From Botryllus schlosseri (lineage: Eukaryota): 64,000 nt of DNA. The notes under the pieces are model-generated. The model was not told where the DNA came from, did not search any database, and saw only the letters and a program-made list of their open reading frames with translations. This document shows, piece after piece, positions 38,030 through 51,505 of this stretch. The DNA lies in assembly GCA_051294905.1 (NCBI GenBank), contig CM119372.1:37264001-37328000 (forward strand), given 5' to 3'. A program made the translations under genes and the position numbers. How positions within the stretch are numbered: position 1 is the first letter of the stretch; every line of letters begins with the position of its first letter.

Positions 38030-39300
38030 ACGAAAGATACTTACCTACATTCTCGGGTAGAAAGTGTCTGTCTTTATACTAAGCAGCTTGCCAAGAATGG
38101 AGAAATAACGTTCAACAGCAGCAGTTGTTGGCTGGCAACGCCAAAGTTGTGCGTACACTCCTGGTGACACAGCGTGTTGCTTCATTCTGACAATGTTGTC
38201 TACATCAGTGGTTCTCAACCGTCGGTCTGTAGACCGGGGCAAGTCCGCCATATATCTTAGGATTTTATACCTTAATTTTAAGATGCAAGATGTGTAAGGC
38301 TTGTCCGTTGATAAAATGAATAAAACATCAAATTTTAAACTGATGCAGAACATCTTGAGGTAAGATTAGGCAGGGAAACATGTTCAAGCTGTCTCCGGTG
38401 ACGACATGAGAACGACTCGCTAAGTACGAGCTGACTCACTAAATCGCGCATTTTGCACGATCATTCATTTTCGATTCAATAATTTTGTAGATGGTCTGGT
38501 ATCGCTGTTGCCAGGTGTTTTCGTGCCGCGCATTGTACTCGTAGTACGTTTGGAAGTGGTGGGAAATGAAATGAGCGAGATATCTCGACAAGGTGTTTGA
38601 TTCTACTCCGAAACGTTTAATCACTGGGTATTGTCGAAGAGAATAATATTATTCGAGTTGGCACGATCAGTTAATCCACGGCCTTCCGGCCCGAAAGTAT
38701 TTGGCTGTATGTTTATCTGGGCAAGTCAATTTTACCTTGAATCAGCACTGAGCAGACAATACCGTAAATTCGCACGAATACTATCATAAATATATTTAAT
38801 TACGAACAAAACCCTAAAACGTCACTCTCTAGAACCATGCTTGCAGAAAAACGGATGTATAATTGACATTTTGGGTTGGATTCAATATTTAAAGGTCGAC
38901 ATGTCCGCCAAATATCTTTTGAAATTTTACCGATCCGCCAGATGAGAAAAATTTTGAGAACTACTGGTCTAAATCTCAATTTTTCATCTTGATATAAGAA
39001 CCAATGTCCACGCAGTCTTGCTTCAGTTAGGATATTGCGGTACGTTGAGCATAACACCATGTCAACATTTGCGTTTCCTTCGACCGTTTATGATTCACGA
39101 AAAACAGACAGTGGGCCGTCTGCAACGGTAGGCCTATAAAGTAGGCTACAAGCTGTAAAATGTCAAAAGATAAGTGCAAAAATCTTCGATACAAACGAAA
39201 TGTAGGTTGCAAAAAAATTTCGACGCGGTGAGCAATTATAACAAATTTTCGTTCTAACGCTACAATTTTGACTGTTTTTGACATTTCAAACAAATCGTCC
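38030..39300 (-). repeat. Old hAT-like transposase-end relic (three copies: here, about 48130-50200, and about 56560-57110 inverted)
   Basis: Encodes CQPTTAAVERYFSILGKLL (hAT dimerisation-domain-like VER.FS motif); nucleotide similarity among the three copies is visible by eye. Confidence 0.6.
38206..38966. mobile_element. hAT MITE family E (uninterrupted)
   Basis: CAGTGGTTCTCAACC / TTGAGAACTACTG termini; TSD GTCTACAT/GTCTAAAT; empty site visible in the paralogous relic at about 48280-48292. Confidence 0.88.
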
Positions 39301-40919
39301 TAGTTATGACGCAAAAACCAGGAATCGTTAACTCAAAACGGGTAGCGGGCCACTTTTCAAATTTCCTTGAGGCCACGGGCCGCATGTATTAAATATCGAG
39401 TTAAAATATGCCACCACGTTTTTAAAGCTGTACGTCAGCACATCGCTGTGCTCTCCAATAGGGAACGCGCATAGAGAGGAGGAGTCTTTATTTTTTAGTT
39501 CGGCCAAAGTACAAAACAAACAGACGGCAATGATGGTGGTATAGAAAATTTGCATGCACAGTATTCCGTATCAGATGGGAATGATCGACACGACCTTGAA
39601 AATCAACTAGTCTAATCACACCCACTTCAAATATGTAAACAACTAAACATGTCTTCATAAAGTTTGGCTGTAAAAATGTTAAATAAGTGTTGCTGGGGTT
39701 AGCTAGACAAGGTATTTGCTGGAAAACTACACGTAAGGCTTGAGCTCGTGGTAAAGCCCATGGTCGTTTTTTAGGCGTCTCGGTCTTGTTAGTGTATGGG
39801 CAATAGCACGTCGAGACAACATGCCAATTCATATCAGCTAATTCTTCATCCGTGTAATGCTATCGCCAGCGCAAAGGCCGTATCAGCTACCGAGGAAAAG
39901 TGATGTTGGGCACAAAAGTATACCTAGTTTCGAAAAAGAACAGCGATATGTTTAGCTTAAATCAATTTCAGTATTTCAAAACGATTTAAGCTTTCCCAAA
40001 ATCTCAAATCAAGTCACGAGCCACAAAATATGACCTCGCGGGCCACGTGTTGGTGACCCCTGCAATAAACTGTACTTCGTTCGTTTTATCACAACATGAG
40101 TGATTATTAGGGCAAGTTTTTGTTGCAGTCATATTCGTGGAAAGATGCACTTATTTTTTCACCAAAGGTTCAGTAAAAAGTTGCATTTAATTTTCACAAA
40201 ATATATCTATCCTGAATGTACGTCAAATCAGAGTGAACCTCAAATTTAAACGATATTGAAATAAATAATATTGATAATTATGAACACGCGCTTTAAGTAC
40301 ATATAGTCACAAATATTTCGAGTAAAAAGTTGGCTGCATAAACAGTTGACCAGAAAAAAATCGAAAAGAGTTGCAAAAAGTTACAATATAAGATTCCTCT
40401 AAACAGCCTAAAACACCATACTATACATAACTTCCGAGTATTTAGGAAGCTGCCTGAAGTGGTAAAAAAGTTGCGCAAAAGTTGCAAAAACATCTCGTAG
40501 CGATTATATTGAAAAAGTGACGATCCATGCAGTAACAATCGGAAATGAATTCATAGAATTAGAGGGTTCAGCGTCACAATCGCTTATAATTCGGTGCAAT
40601 TTCGTCTATTCTATAAAACAGAATGGTACAGAAAATACCGTTTTAGCCATTGCCACATGGCCTGGTACTGTATTTGAAGAATACCTTTATTATGTTACGT
40701 TTTTATGCGTGTGTTACACAGAAACATATTATAAGGTAATTGTAGAATCGTTTCGTATCGAACTATTGTACAACACGACTAAGCCGAAGTTGCGCGTTTT
40801 ACGTGATTAGTGCCAATTACTGCAATGTACCGCAGCTGTAATTAATTTATTACACAAGAGCACAATATTTTATTTATCTGCCTTTGCGCATGACTATGAA
40901 AGGAACAATAGATTTTTCG

Positions 40920-41888
40920 CTTGCTCTTAAACTTGTCTCCGGCGCCCCTCGTGGGGCGATTTGGATTTTGAAGGGGGCGAAAACGCTCCGGGGGTGGTAA
41001 TAGGGGCGATGAAAAAATGTCCTCGTAGTAGATGAGGTAGTAAGGACATATGAATAGATAGTAGAACAATAGTTCTATAGATCCCTGAGTTCTCATTGCA
41101 AACTAATATTCGACAAAATCTGTCAAATCACAACGTTTTTCGTTGCTCTCATCACGAAATATTCACCGACGATGTTTCCATGAATGTAGTGGTTTATTTT
41201 AATTCATGTAAAATGAATTTGGCGTACTTTTGGATTGCCAATTCCCCGGTAAAATACTCCGGTCACGCTAGCTACTCCAAGTCGTTTCGACACCTTCTTA
41301 TCTTTTCATTGTATCGCAGTTTTGTGGTGTTTTGAAATGATGAACATAATAATAAACTGAAACTGAAACTGATACTGGTAGCTCAGGTTATCTCCCCCGA
41401 AATGTTTTGAACTAGATATTGTATCCGGCAGCGAACTTCGTGTCGAAATCGAAAAGGCACTGTATGTACAACTTTCAAGAGTCCTATGTACATTGGGAAT
41501 GTTTTGAAGCTTTTTGGCCGAATTGATTAACCAAATGTGCTTGTAGTTGAGAGCTACGAAATTAAATCGTCAGAATATTTCTTCATCGTAGCCTAAAGGA
41601 TGATACTGCCTAATATTGTCACCCATCACATTCATGTTGAAGTTAAGAGCTCGGTGCACGACTAAATTTAATGTTAGCAAACATCTCTGCCACATTTTCA
41701 GTTGATCTAGTAGTCACACAAAGCAATAAAACAAAACCCAATACAATTAATTTCCCCGTATTGCCAACCCGAAACCAGACTTCGACCACTTACCCATTGT
41801 TTTTTACTACAGTCCTTGAAATAGGGGGCACCAGACCCAGACAGTTTTTGAAAAGGGGCGCTGGAAGAAAAAAGGTTAATAATCACTG
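40920..41888. mobile_element. Buster-type element, inverted homolog of about 53226-54260
   Basis: About 1 kb of reverse-complement similarity; one TIR each (GGTTAATAATCACTG; CAGTGGTTCCTAACC). Confidence 0.7.
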
Positions 41889-44800
41889 GTATATATGGAT
41901 CGCACTTAATTTTAGTCACCGCGTGACAATGGCCCAACCGCTGTTTCATCGGTTCAATTTCGGACGGTTGTTTTGTAGAAAACAGTCATTGACGAGCAGA
42001 ATCAGTGCCGGTCGCAAACCCGAGTAGATTGACTCATTGGGGTCAGCCAGGTATCCTTAGAGATTATGCCGAATCAAGATGGTGATCACTGAGCACTGAT
42101 CCGCCGTGGTAACCCTAGATCTGGTGACAAGGTATAGTCAACGTTGATACCTAAGGAAAAGTGAAAGTTACGCCGTACTTTTCTACTAAATTACAACTAG
42201 AATTAACAATTCAAACTGTCAAATACTCAAACGTAGAATGCTGAACAAATGTATTACCTATCCAATGCGGTGAGATATAATTATAAAAACTATACTCACT
42301 CGACGAATCCTCTAACCATACATTATCCACTACCACTCCGTTTTGACATGTCTTGGAAACAACGAACTCTACTCCTGACTCGGTCGGTCATGAAGGGGTA
42401 TTTTTACTTCTAGTCCAGTAAAAACGGTGAATATTTGGCCTTTACTTTTCGCCAAGTCTGATATAATAATCCCGCTGTTCAAAATATTCGAAGACTCCGA
42501 TCGCACGTAAGTAAGAGCTGTATTAAACACTATGCGGCTAGATAAAATGGCCTATTATAGTATTTGGTAATTCGAATGCATAAAATTAAGCGTGTTTAAT
42601 AGGTATATGACGATAGCAGGCAAATAAATAACATGATCATACATATATAAGAAGGCAGAGTATGCGGGATACCTGAACACCCTATCTCTATATTTCTATA
42701 CATCGTGGGGTATGGTGTTTTGGTGCAGAACGTTTCGTTTGTGGATATTATATTGAAAAAGTACAGCTGTCCAGTGGCTTCCAACCTTTTCGACTCATAG
42801 CCCCCGTATCAAGCTCAACAAATATTTATCACCGCCCCCCCTCCCCCCATGTTATCGGATACGAGAAAGAGCACATATAAACGGGAAACTTATACAACTA
42901 ACCTTGATCGCTGTTGAATTGACTGCAAAATGGTCAAATTTTCGCGGCGATTCCGGTATCTGAGGACAGTGGTGGCGAGTTACAACTTTCTTTAATCAAC
43001 TTTTGGGGCAGTTTTTCACGTGTATTTTGTGCCGGTGTTCGGGTAATTATAGATATCCGAATGGAAGTATTTTAACATTTTCGCTACCAATCGCCCCTTT
43101 CGTATGTTTTCGGACCCCAATCGCCCGGTTTGACATTTTCATCCCCACCCCCGTATTTCTCAAATTCGCCCACCGGAGGTCGATATCGCCCAGGTTGGGA
43201 ACCACTAACCTGCACAATCGTTGATCCAAGTCGCGAAATCATCTCAATTTACAACGAGGTAAATTGCATAACAAGCCAAAATCGATGATTGCAATCCGAA
43301 AGGCGCGGTGCGCAATAACCCTTACATGTAGAGGTTGTTTCAGCAAGTGTCCCATCCTGCAACGAGGGCTCTCAGTCACGCCTGACTCACTTCATCGCAC
43401 AGAAGAAAGATGTCAGCATGTTATTATTTAGAAGGCATCACTGCCACAAACAGATAGCCTCGCCACTCTTAGTTGAAAACGGCATTAGCATGATCTTTTT
43501 CATTAAATTAGGGGCAATTACACCGAAGCCATTAAGGGGGAGACGATCCCTCGAATTGAAAAATTAGTGAAACGCCTATAACTTGACAACTAATGAAGCC
43601 ATCTTTCTTAAATTTGGACATAAGGTGATTTGGTGGACATTCCGATCAAGTTTTTTTTAAATATTTTTACCAAATTTTGAGACTTTCGGACCAATTTCAA
43701 GGAAAATTCTCAGACCAAACTTTTTCAGTGAATTTGTTTCTTAGTGCCATTTAGGGATTGAAATAGATGCAATGCACAGGATAGATTTTTTTAGTCCAAC
43801 AAGGGGTAACATGTGAGAGAAAAATCAGTTTTTGAGAAATGCGAAAAATGGCATTTTTAGACTTTCATAAGCAAATACGGATGGACCCCTTACCAACGCC
43901 CCGAAAATTAATTTACTATCCCAATATATGTCAATCTTCAAATTTTCAAGTTGATTAGATGACTTTTCTCCCTCAAAAATGGTTACTAGTATACTTATAC
44001 TTACGCAAAACCGAAATTTCGAGGAAAATCCATTTAAATTTCGCAACACACAAAGGTTATACTTTGGAAACTTCAATTTTAACATAGTTGGTACACTAGA
44101 ATGCCCGTCGGTGGTATAACATGGTATAACTGCGCTTGGATTGTAAGATTGTTGGCTAACATATTAGGTGAGGCATATGCATCTGTGCCTCTCCAAGCCA
44201 TTGTTTCTCGACAGTGCCGTTATACGTAACAATGCTAAATTTCACTATGTTAGACAATTTTGAGAGGGTTCTAGTGCTCTGGCATTGTTGTTCTTTAGAT
44301 TTTCGAAATCGATGCCACAATAGCATTCGAAAAATATCAGTTAAAAAAAAATTCTGATCTGTTAAAATGATGAATTGCGCTATCGTGCAGGTGAGGCTTG
44401 GCCAGTCTGTGCCTCATCTCTCCTCTCGCGCTATATTGTTTACCATGAAATAAGATAATTCCGTGATGCTGTATTTCAAAACGTTTGAGAATTATTCATG
44501 CATGAGCATCGATGGAAAATGCACATCATTATTGGTGTCATAATCATTGAAGGTGCCGTCACAATTTTCTTTAACTCATTCTGACTACAGGTGAGGCACT
44601 GCGTCACTTGCCTCCCCTGACCACACTTTACTGTTAATACGATTCACGACTGCACCATGCAGTTCATACGTAACTTCTTGTCTTGGAATAGTGGTCTGTA
44701 AATATTGGGGATGATGTGAACGTGAGGTTCGCGTTCTGTATGTGAACCTTTGAAATTTAGCGGCTCGCGTTCACAAACAAACATTGATAGGTTCTGCACT

Positions 44801-45216
44801 GTAAACCTTTTTTTCATTTATTACAAATTTTCACATCAATATAACATCTTTGGTTGAAATCCTTTGCATTTCAACTTCAGACAAATCTCTGCATGACGCT
44901 GACATCATAAAAATAAATTCAACACTAAACCAGTGTGCACCTTGTCAATTTCAATTTTTTTTCTTGCTTTGTTACAAAAGTTTGCTGCAAATATTCAGCT
45001 TTGCGTTTGTGAATATTTAGAGACTCTCTGTTGTTAGCTTGGCCCGCAATCACACTATAGCAGCAACGAGATACAATAAATGAACGTAATTAGCGAATTG
45101 TGCTGATTCAATCAAACAATGAAGTTGATATAAAGAATACTTGGTTGCCTGATGTCAAAATTCTATCAGGTGTATACGGGATCCCTCTTGATTTGATATG
45201 TGTATTGTATCATAAT

Positions 45217-45548
45217 TAGGGCTGGGCACAATGATCCGAGTACTCGAATCTGATTCGAGTATTAATTCTAATGATTCGAGTCGAGTAGTAAAAGACGATT
45301 TTTTCGAGTACTAAAATTACACGCTTCTCGCCACTGAAAGTTAATTTATCAACGAGAATTATAGTTTTGATACAATTTTCCAATGTGGAAGGCTTATAAC
45401 CATGATTGGCCGCATTGAAGCATACGAAACATAGTACAAAGCTACCAACGTTACATGAAATAACACATTTCCGAAGTCATTATCATCCAATTACCTTGTC
45501 AATAAGTGCAGTGATATCGGGTATGGTACTCGATTTTGCCCAGCCCTA
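45217..45548. mobile_element. hAT MITE
   Basis: Perfect TIR TAGGGCTGGGCA; TSD ATCATAAT/ATCATAAC; CGAGTA motifs. Confidence 0.88.
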
Positions 45549-46450
45549 ATCATAACAACCAAATCCGCGCGATTGGGGTCTTGGCTATTGTATAACTTGT
45601 TTATTAGGTGATATCGGTAGCAAGTATAGAAACCCGTTTCACAATAGCAATAGTCAGACGCCACATACATTGTCCGGTCTAGCCTATACCGTTGAGACGT
45701 AAGCTCACATTGCCTTGCAAGTCCTCGTCGAAATTGTTGACAAAGCGACGGAAAATATCGATTTCATGGGATAATTAGATCATTCGATTTTTCCAGCGGA
45801 TGCATTTGGTGATGTTCAAAAAGTCAGCATGCTCTTCCGCATTGTGGCATAATGTGGCCTGAATCTTCGGATATCGTGTACAGTGTACATTGTTGCATTA
45901 CTTAACTGAAATGTAGTGTAGTGTAGGGATATGATTAGTAATATGACGTCACGTGACGTCATAGGCTCACGTTGGCGTTCGCACGGAATATTTCAAAAAG
46001 GTTTGCGTTCACACGAACTAGAAACTTTCAGGGGTTCGCACCATACCTATAAATACATTGTGTGAAAAACAATACGCACGCGTGACGTGGTAAATATTAA
46101 ACGCATGACTACAGTATATATAAACGTCCGATCTCGCTATAAGTATTGGAGGTTTATCTGGACTCGTCATGTTAACCCAATTCGCGCAAGCGTTGTATTA
46201 CAAATAGCCTCGCACGAAAGAGGGCCGTGCTATAGGTCGGGAGGTCGGATATCACAATATCGATTGACGTGAAGTCACCAAATGATAAGGACAGGACCTT
46301 ACTACGAAATTGACGACAACAGCATGATTATAAACACATCAAATCATATCATGAACGTCTATAGGTCGTGGGCGACAAAAATCATAGCGATGACACAACA
46401 GTCCTTATGAAGGTGCCACCAACACCATCACGATTCGGTTGCACGTTTAC

Positions 46451-47458
46451 TCAAGCCGAGACTGTCATTTCTTCGGAGTTCCGTCTGTCTTCATTATTGC
46501 ATGGTATGATGTTGGGAAATTTTTGCTGGTACCATATTTTCGCCGTATCTCTAATTTCATGCGCTCCGAAATAGTAAATGACAGGATTAAGACATTCAGT
46601 GGCGCGAAGTACGCCGTGCGCGATCAGAGATACTGTCGTTACATGCCTATCGGAAATGTGATGTCTTCGTATGATAATGAAAAGCTTTACACTATAATCT
46701 ACCGTGTATCCAACCAGGAAGCTGATCACTACAATCCAGAGCTGGTGTAGGGCCTTCTTTTCCCTCTTCTGCGATGACGAATTGGACGATCTGGTAGCAA
46801 TAGTTGGTCTTCCACGAGTGAGAAACAAGATGATCGCCAGACAAAATCCCGTAATGCATAGCATTGGTAAGAACACACCAACCGTCACAGACAAACCGGT
46901 CAGGTACTGTATAGCACTATTGTCACTTATTATTTCGCAAGTGACAGACGAACCTCTATTCACGACCTCGAAAGCAAAATAAAATGGAACTATCATCAAC
47001 AGCGATCCGATCCAAAAACAAATGACGAACACTGTGCATCTGTCAGCAGTCATTTCTCCTCGCGAGGAGACAGCGTATACTACACTGCGAAACCGGATCA
47101 CGCTTAGCAGTAGTACGTGGTAGACTGTGACGATTGACGTTCCGAATTCGATCATTGGCGTCAAATAACAGAAGAGATTCGGCATTCGATAATCCTTGAA
47201 TGTCGCATTCACGGACACGTAAAGGGGACTGTTCAAAGCTGAAATGAAGTCCGAAAAGCAGAGTCCGATGAGGATGATGTGAAATGTGTTACGTTCCATA
47301 CGCATCAGGATCATCACCATCATGAAACTCCCAATACATCCAACGACTGATTGCACTCCGAATGTAGCAGAAAGTACTGCGGACTCTATGCGATTGAAAG
47401 CGAATTTCTCGCTATCAGACGCGTTCCCTGTTTCATTATAACTGAGCGTAGAATACAT
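46451..47458 (-). CDS. Intronless rhodopsin-class orphan GPCR, subtype B (335 aa)
   Basis: N-terminal sequons NET/NAS, 7 TM segments, LCFSD, C3.25, SVIRFR, W4.50, FLPML, EKKAL, NPVIYY; ATG to TGA intact. Confidence 0.93.
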   Translation of the reverse strand: MYSTLSYNETGNASDSEKFAFNRIESAVLSATFGVQSVVGCIGSFMMVMILMRMERNTFHIILIGLCFSDFISALNSPLYVSVNATFKDYRMPNLFCYLTPMIEFGTSIVTVYHVLLLSVIRFRSVVYAVSSRGEMTADRCTVFVICFWIGSLLMIVPFYFAFEVVNRGSSVTCEIISDNSAIQYLTGLSVTVGVFLPMLCITGFCLAIILFLTRGRPTIATRSSNSSSQKREKKALHQLWIVVISFLVGYTVDYSVKLFIIIRRHHISDRHVTTVSLIAHGVLRATECLNPVIYYFGAHEIRDTAKIWYQQKFPNIIPCNNEDRRNSEEMTVSA

Positions 47459-48373
47459 CCTTTGAAGTTTACTCAGTTTATTGTGCCGCGATAGAGACGA
47501 TGTTGACCTCCCGTTATGATAATGTAGCCTCTCTCAAGGCATTCAATTCTAATGATCGAGATTCTATATCTTCGCGTTACCGGATAATTATCGCTTGAAC
47601 GATCCGTAATAGCGTGCCTACATGTGTGGATATAGCATTAAAATTTCAGTGCGTTGGTCGTTCGATTATTTTGTAATAGGAAACAAATCATGTCATTACG
47701 AGATGAATAATGCAGTGGAATAACCAGCATTGGGTTAATCCATGTTTTCGATCCGACTCCACATCTCCTTACTGTCAAAAGGTAATGCATCATTCAAACG
47801 CTGCCAAGTATTCTCTGGGATCGGGAGACTTAAATACGGACCTATGGGGTTTCAGTCATGGCCAGTGACGTCCATGTGGAAGCCACCGCAGGAAAGTGGC
47901 CAGACCTGAAAACTAGAGGGCATGTAATTTCAAAAGCAGTTTTTTGCTGGGTTGCTTACCTTTGCATTTAATCTTGGGATATTACTAGAGCGAATATTTT
48001 CTGACCTAGAAAACAGAAGATTTTGCAAAAAATGAAAATTCTGACATAAAAAAAATTTAATTCTGACAATATCGTACCCTCAAATAGGTAAATTAGCCAT
48101 TTCCGTACATAATGTCAGAATTATAGTACTTTTCCGCATTTTAGTTGGAACTGTCTGTCATTATATACAAAGTAGCTTGGAAACACGTTTAACAGCAGCA
48201 GTTCTTACCTTTCAGCCTTGAGGTGCATTGGAAACTGCCGGAGTAATAACACCTGTTACTTCATGGTTCATACCGACAAGGTTGTCTACATCCGACTTTT
48301 AAGATCGCGACTTAAAACTGAGTTTTGTTAATATATTGCGATTCACTCGTACGTTTAGAGCCAATGTTGTTAA

Positions 48374-49984
48374 CAGGGCTTTGGAGCCGGAGCCGGAGCC
48401 CCGGAGCCGTGCATTTTTACCGGAGCTGGAGCCGGAGCCGGAGCTCTATATAAAATTCAGCCGGAGCCGGAGCCGGAGCTGGAGCCAGTTATTTGAGGGG
48501 TAGCTCCGGCTCCGACGCATTTCATGAGATGCTATTATATATGCAACAACCATATCTGCTGAGTTCACCGAATTCAACAGCAAACCTTCGCGAAATCTTT
48601 TCCTCTTTGGCGCTAACCATGTTCCTGGGGATTTAATAGTAGAGCAGTCGTACATTCAAAGTTCAATTTTCATACCTGAGTGCCGAACCTCGGTATGCGA
48701 CATATGCCTGTCAATATTGTGGGTATTCGGTATTCCCGCAATTTCATCATCAGCACAACCTTGTTGGCCAATTGTATACAGTTCGAAAATAATGATCACT
48801 ATGTATTACGCGAAATGGGAGAGATGATAAAAACGTGATTTCGTTGCACATGTCGATATGACGAGCACGAGCCGAGAAATTCCATCTCAACGATGCTAGG
48901 AATCGGATAAACAAATACTCGTTTTTTCGTGATAGTTCTTTAGTCGGGCCGCGAAAGTGGACAGTGTTATTGAGTATGCAATTATGCATGCTAATTGCAA
49001 TTCATTACTGCGCATCATTGTCATTCACTCCAGTAAGGATTTTCGAGCTTAAATAGGGAATGACAGAAGAGTAGGCCAAAACCCCATGGTATTCTATGTT
49101 GGAGACAAACTACTGATTTTATATACGCTATTTCCAATTTGTAATCATCTGTTTCGTAAACTTGTAAATGTGCAATGTGCATACTGCATAGTTTAATTCG
49201 TTGTTGACATGGCGCAATGTGCATGACACAGTGTTTATTTCGATTATTCGATTCATTTCAACGGGAAAATATTATTCCGATAAACTTGATCGACCCCGGA
49301 TGGACTAGTAACGAGTGTACCAATATGGAACGTCAAACCATAGGCCATTTGGTACAAATCGAATTTCTATTTATCACGTCGTTATATCCGCGCATTTTCC
49401 CCTTACTACAGTTACAGTGGAATAATAATCGCACATTTGAAGATTGAATTGAGCTGCATGGCCTAGTGGCAATGAGTACAGTGCCAGTGTTAAAACGTCG
49501 CATCAGAATTTTAATGCTGTGGCACGGAGTAAAGTGCTTTTTTAGTTTATTGTAATAGACGACGATTTACTAAAAATGTGACTGGACCCTGGATCTGCCA
49601 GTGCGTCGAAACTGATATTTTAACCAGTCATCAACATCCCAAGTGCCGCGGCCAGACTAATCATATTTTTGGTTGGCCTAGCGAGTTCACAATCTGAGCA
49701 ATTCAATTTCGATAATATAACATAATTTCGATAATATAATGGGAAATTAGCTCGCGGGCTACTCAAAGCCTTCTCGCGGGCCACATATGGCCCACAGGCC
49801 GCGGGTTGCTCCCCCCTGATATAGACAGACACGTTCGATAGTTTTCAGAGCCGGAGCCGGAGCTGGAGCCGGAGCAGTGGTAATAATGCTGCTCCGGAGC
49901 TGGAGCCGGAGCTGATGTATGATAGAAGCAAGCTCCGGAGCCGGAGCTGGAGCAATGCAAATTTATGGCTGCTCCGAAGCCCTG
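48374..49984. mobile_element. hAT non-autonomous element with GGAGCC subterminal arrays
   Basis: TIRs CAGGGCTTTGGAGC / GCTCCGAAGCCCTG; perfect TSD GTTGTTAA. Confidence 0.92.
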
Positions 49985-50704
49985 GTTGTTAAGGTACAGT
50001 TCAGTTTTGAGATATCGGTGTGAATTTGTACAAACTTTGGACCTCTAAAAACTTTGCACGATTTTCGGTGTTTTGATCATCACGCCATGTCAGGTTGTTT
50101 GTGTTATTCGATGGTTTATGATTCACAAAGAGCAGACAATGAATCATCTACAACAGTTGGTCTATAAAGTGTAGGCTAAAAGTTGCAAATTCTCAAATAA
50201 TAAGTAGGCTACACCGAGAGTGCAACCTCTGCAGTACCAAAGAAAAGTAGTTGTATTTGGCCCTTTTCATACCGGATTTTTTAAACTCTTTCGGGAACAT
50301 GTGCCCGAGCGGACAATGCCCACATAGAGCAGAAATTACGGTAACATTTCCAAGAACAGGTCGTGTTCACACCTATTTACAGTTACCACGAACTTTTGTT
50401 CATACAAGTCGCTGGTTCGGTGAGTTCGCGGAAAATTATGGCCGGTATGAACAGGCTTCCCCGTAAATGTTGATTTATGAAACCATGTCAGTGGGGTGTT
50501 CTAGTTGCAATATGATGCGAAATGACGAGGATTTTGGTGTCATGGATATGTGGAAAGTGATGTGGGAGAAGCTTCTTCGTCAGATGCGGAGAAGTTGGCT
50601 CCTCGTTGTCGCAATGGGATGTTCCAGTTTGCCTTCTCAATGTATATGGCGCCCTATACCTGTATCAGAAATAGAGCCCGAACATGTTCCTCATTTGTAT
50701 ATTA

Positions 50705-51505
50705 CAGAGTTGGGATCAAGTACCTGCGAGTAACAAGTCATTTCGATTCATTGCACATTTTGACTCGAGTAGAGTCAAGTCACTCGATTTTTGGAGGGGA
50801 ATCGAGTCAAGTCAAGTCAAGTCACGAGTCAAGTCATAACTCAAGTCAACTTGCCTTTTCGAAGTACGAGGCATGGAGCCGTCTGAAATACTAATCGAGT
50901 GGTCATTGAATCTGAACCGATGAACGAATATAGAGTTTAATATACATGCAAGAAGGCGCTGTATCGCTCACATATACGTAGAACTGGTAAACTACGTAAG
51001 TAATTGCATAGCCTCAGGTAATAGTTAGCAGCCAAAACAGAAAATACAGAATAGAGATACGAATTGATAAGATGCATTACATTACCAATTTACGAATTGA
51101 TATGATGCAATTCGAGCATGCGCCAATGGTTGAGAGGTATATAAACTATATTCGAATTCAATTTCAATAAAACAAGAGGTTTGGTCAAGGTATGAACAGA
51201 GAACAGAAATAGACACTTCGTATTTAAATTTCTTTACTACTAGTCTACGACAACGTAAGCTGTAAGCATCGATCACTTCGTTTGTGGTCAATTTATTTGT
51301 GAGAGAACAATGGAGGCCCAGTAAAACGCAAAATCATTGATTGATTGATTAATTCATTGATAGATTGGTCGCTCTCACGGCTTACAACAGCGTTTCGCGA
51401 ACAATACGAAAATATGCAGAATGCAATGATTTTTATCGGCACCGACTGTACTTCATGACTTGAAATCGACTCGTGAATTTTGCTCTGAGTCACGAATCAA
51501 TTCAC
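50705..51505. mobile_element. Truncated family A MITE
   Basis: Starts CAGAGTTGGGATCAAGT, colinear with 33637-34470; right TIR missing. Confidence 0.85.

Noticed and set aside
43532..44090. TTAA-type (Kolobok/piggyBac-like) element beginning TTAAGGGGG
   Set aside because: No matching right terminus or TSD was found, so it cannot be delimited.
46600..46630. Opsin identity suggested by a basic residue at 7.43
   Set aside because: The residue is Arg, not the Schiff-base Lys, and no other opsin motifs (E/DRY, W6.48-P6.50) are present.
49763..49960. Ser/Gly/Ala/Pro-rich ORF, and similar ORFs in GAGTC arrays (4365, 16553, 34433, 50550)
   Set aside because: Translation artefacts of subterminal repeats.
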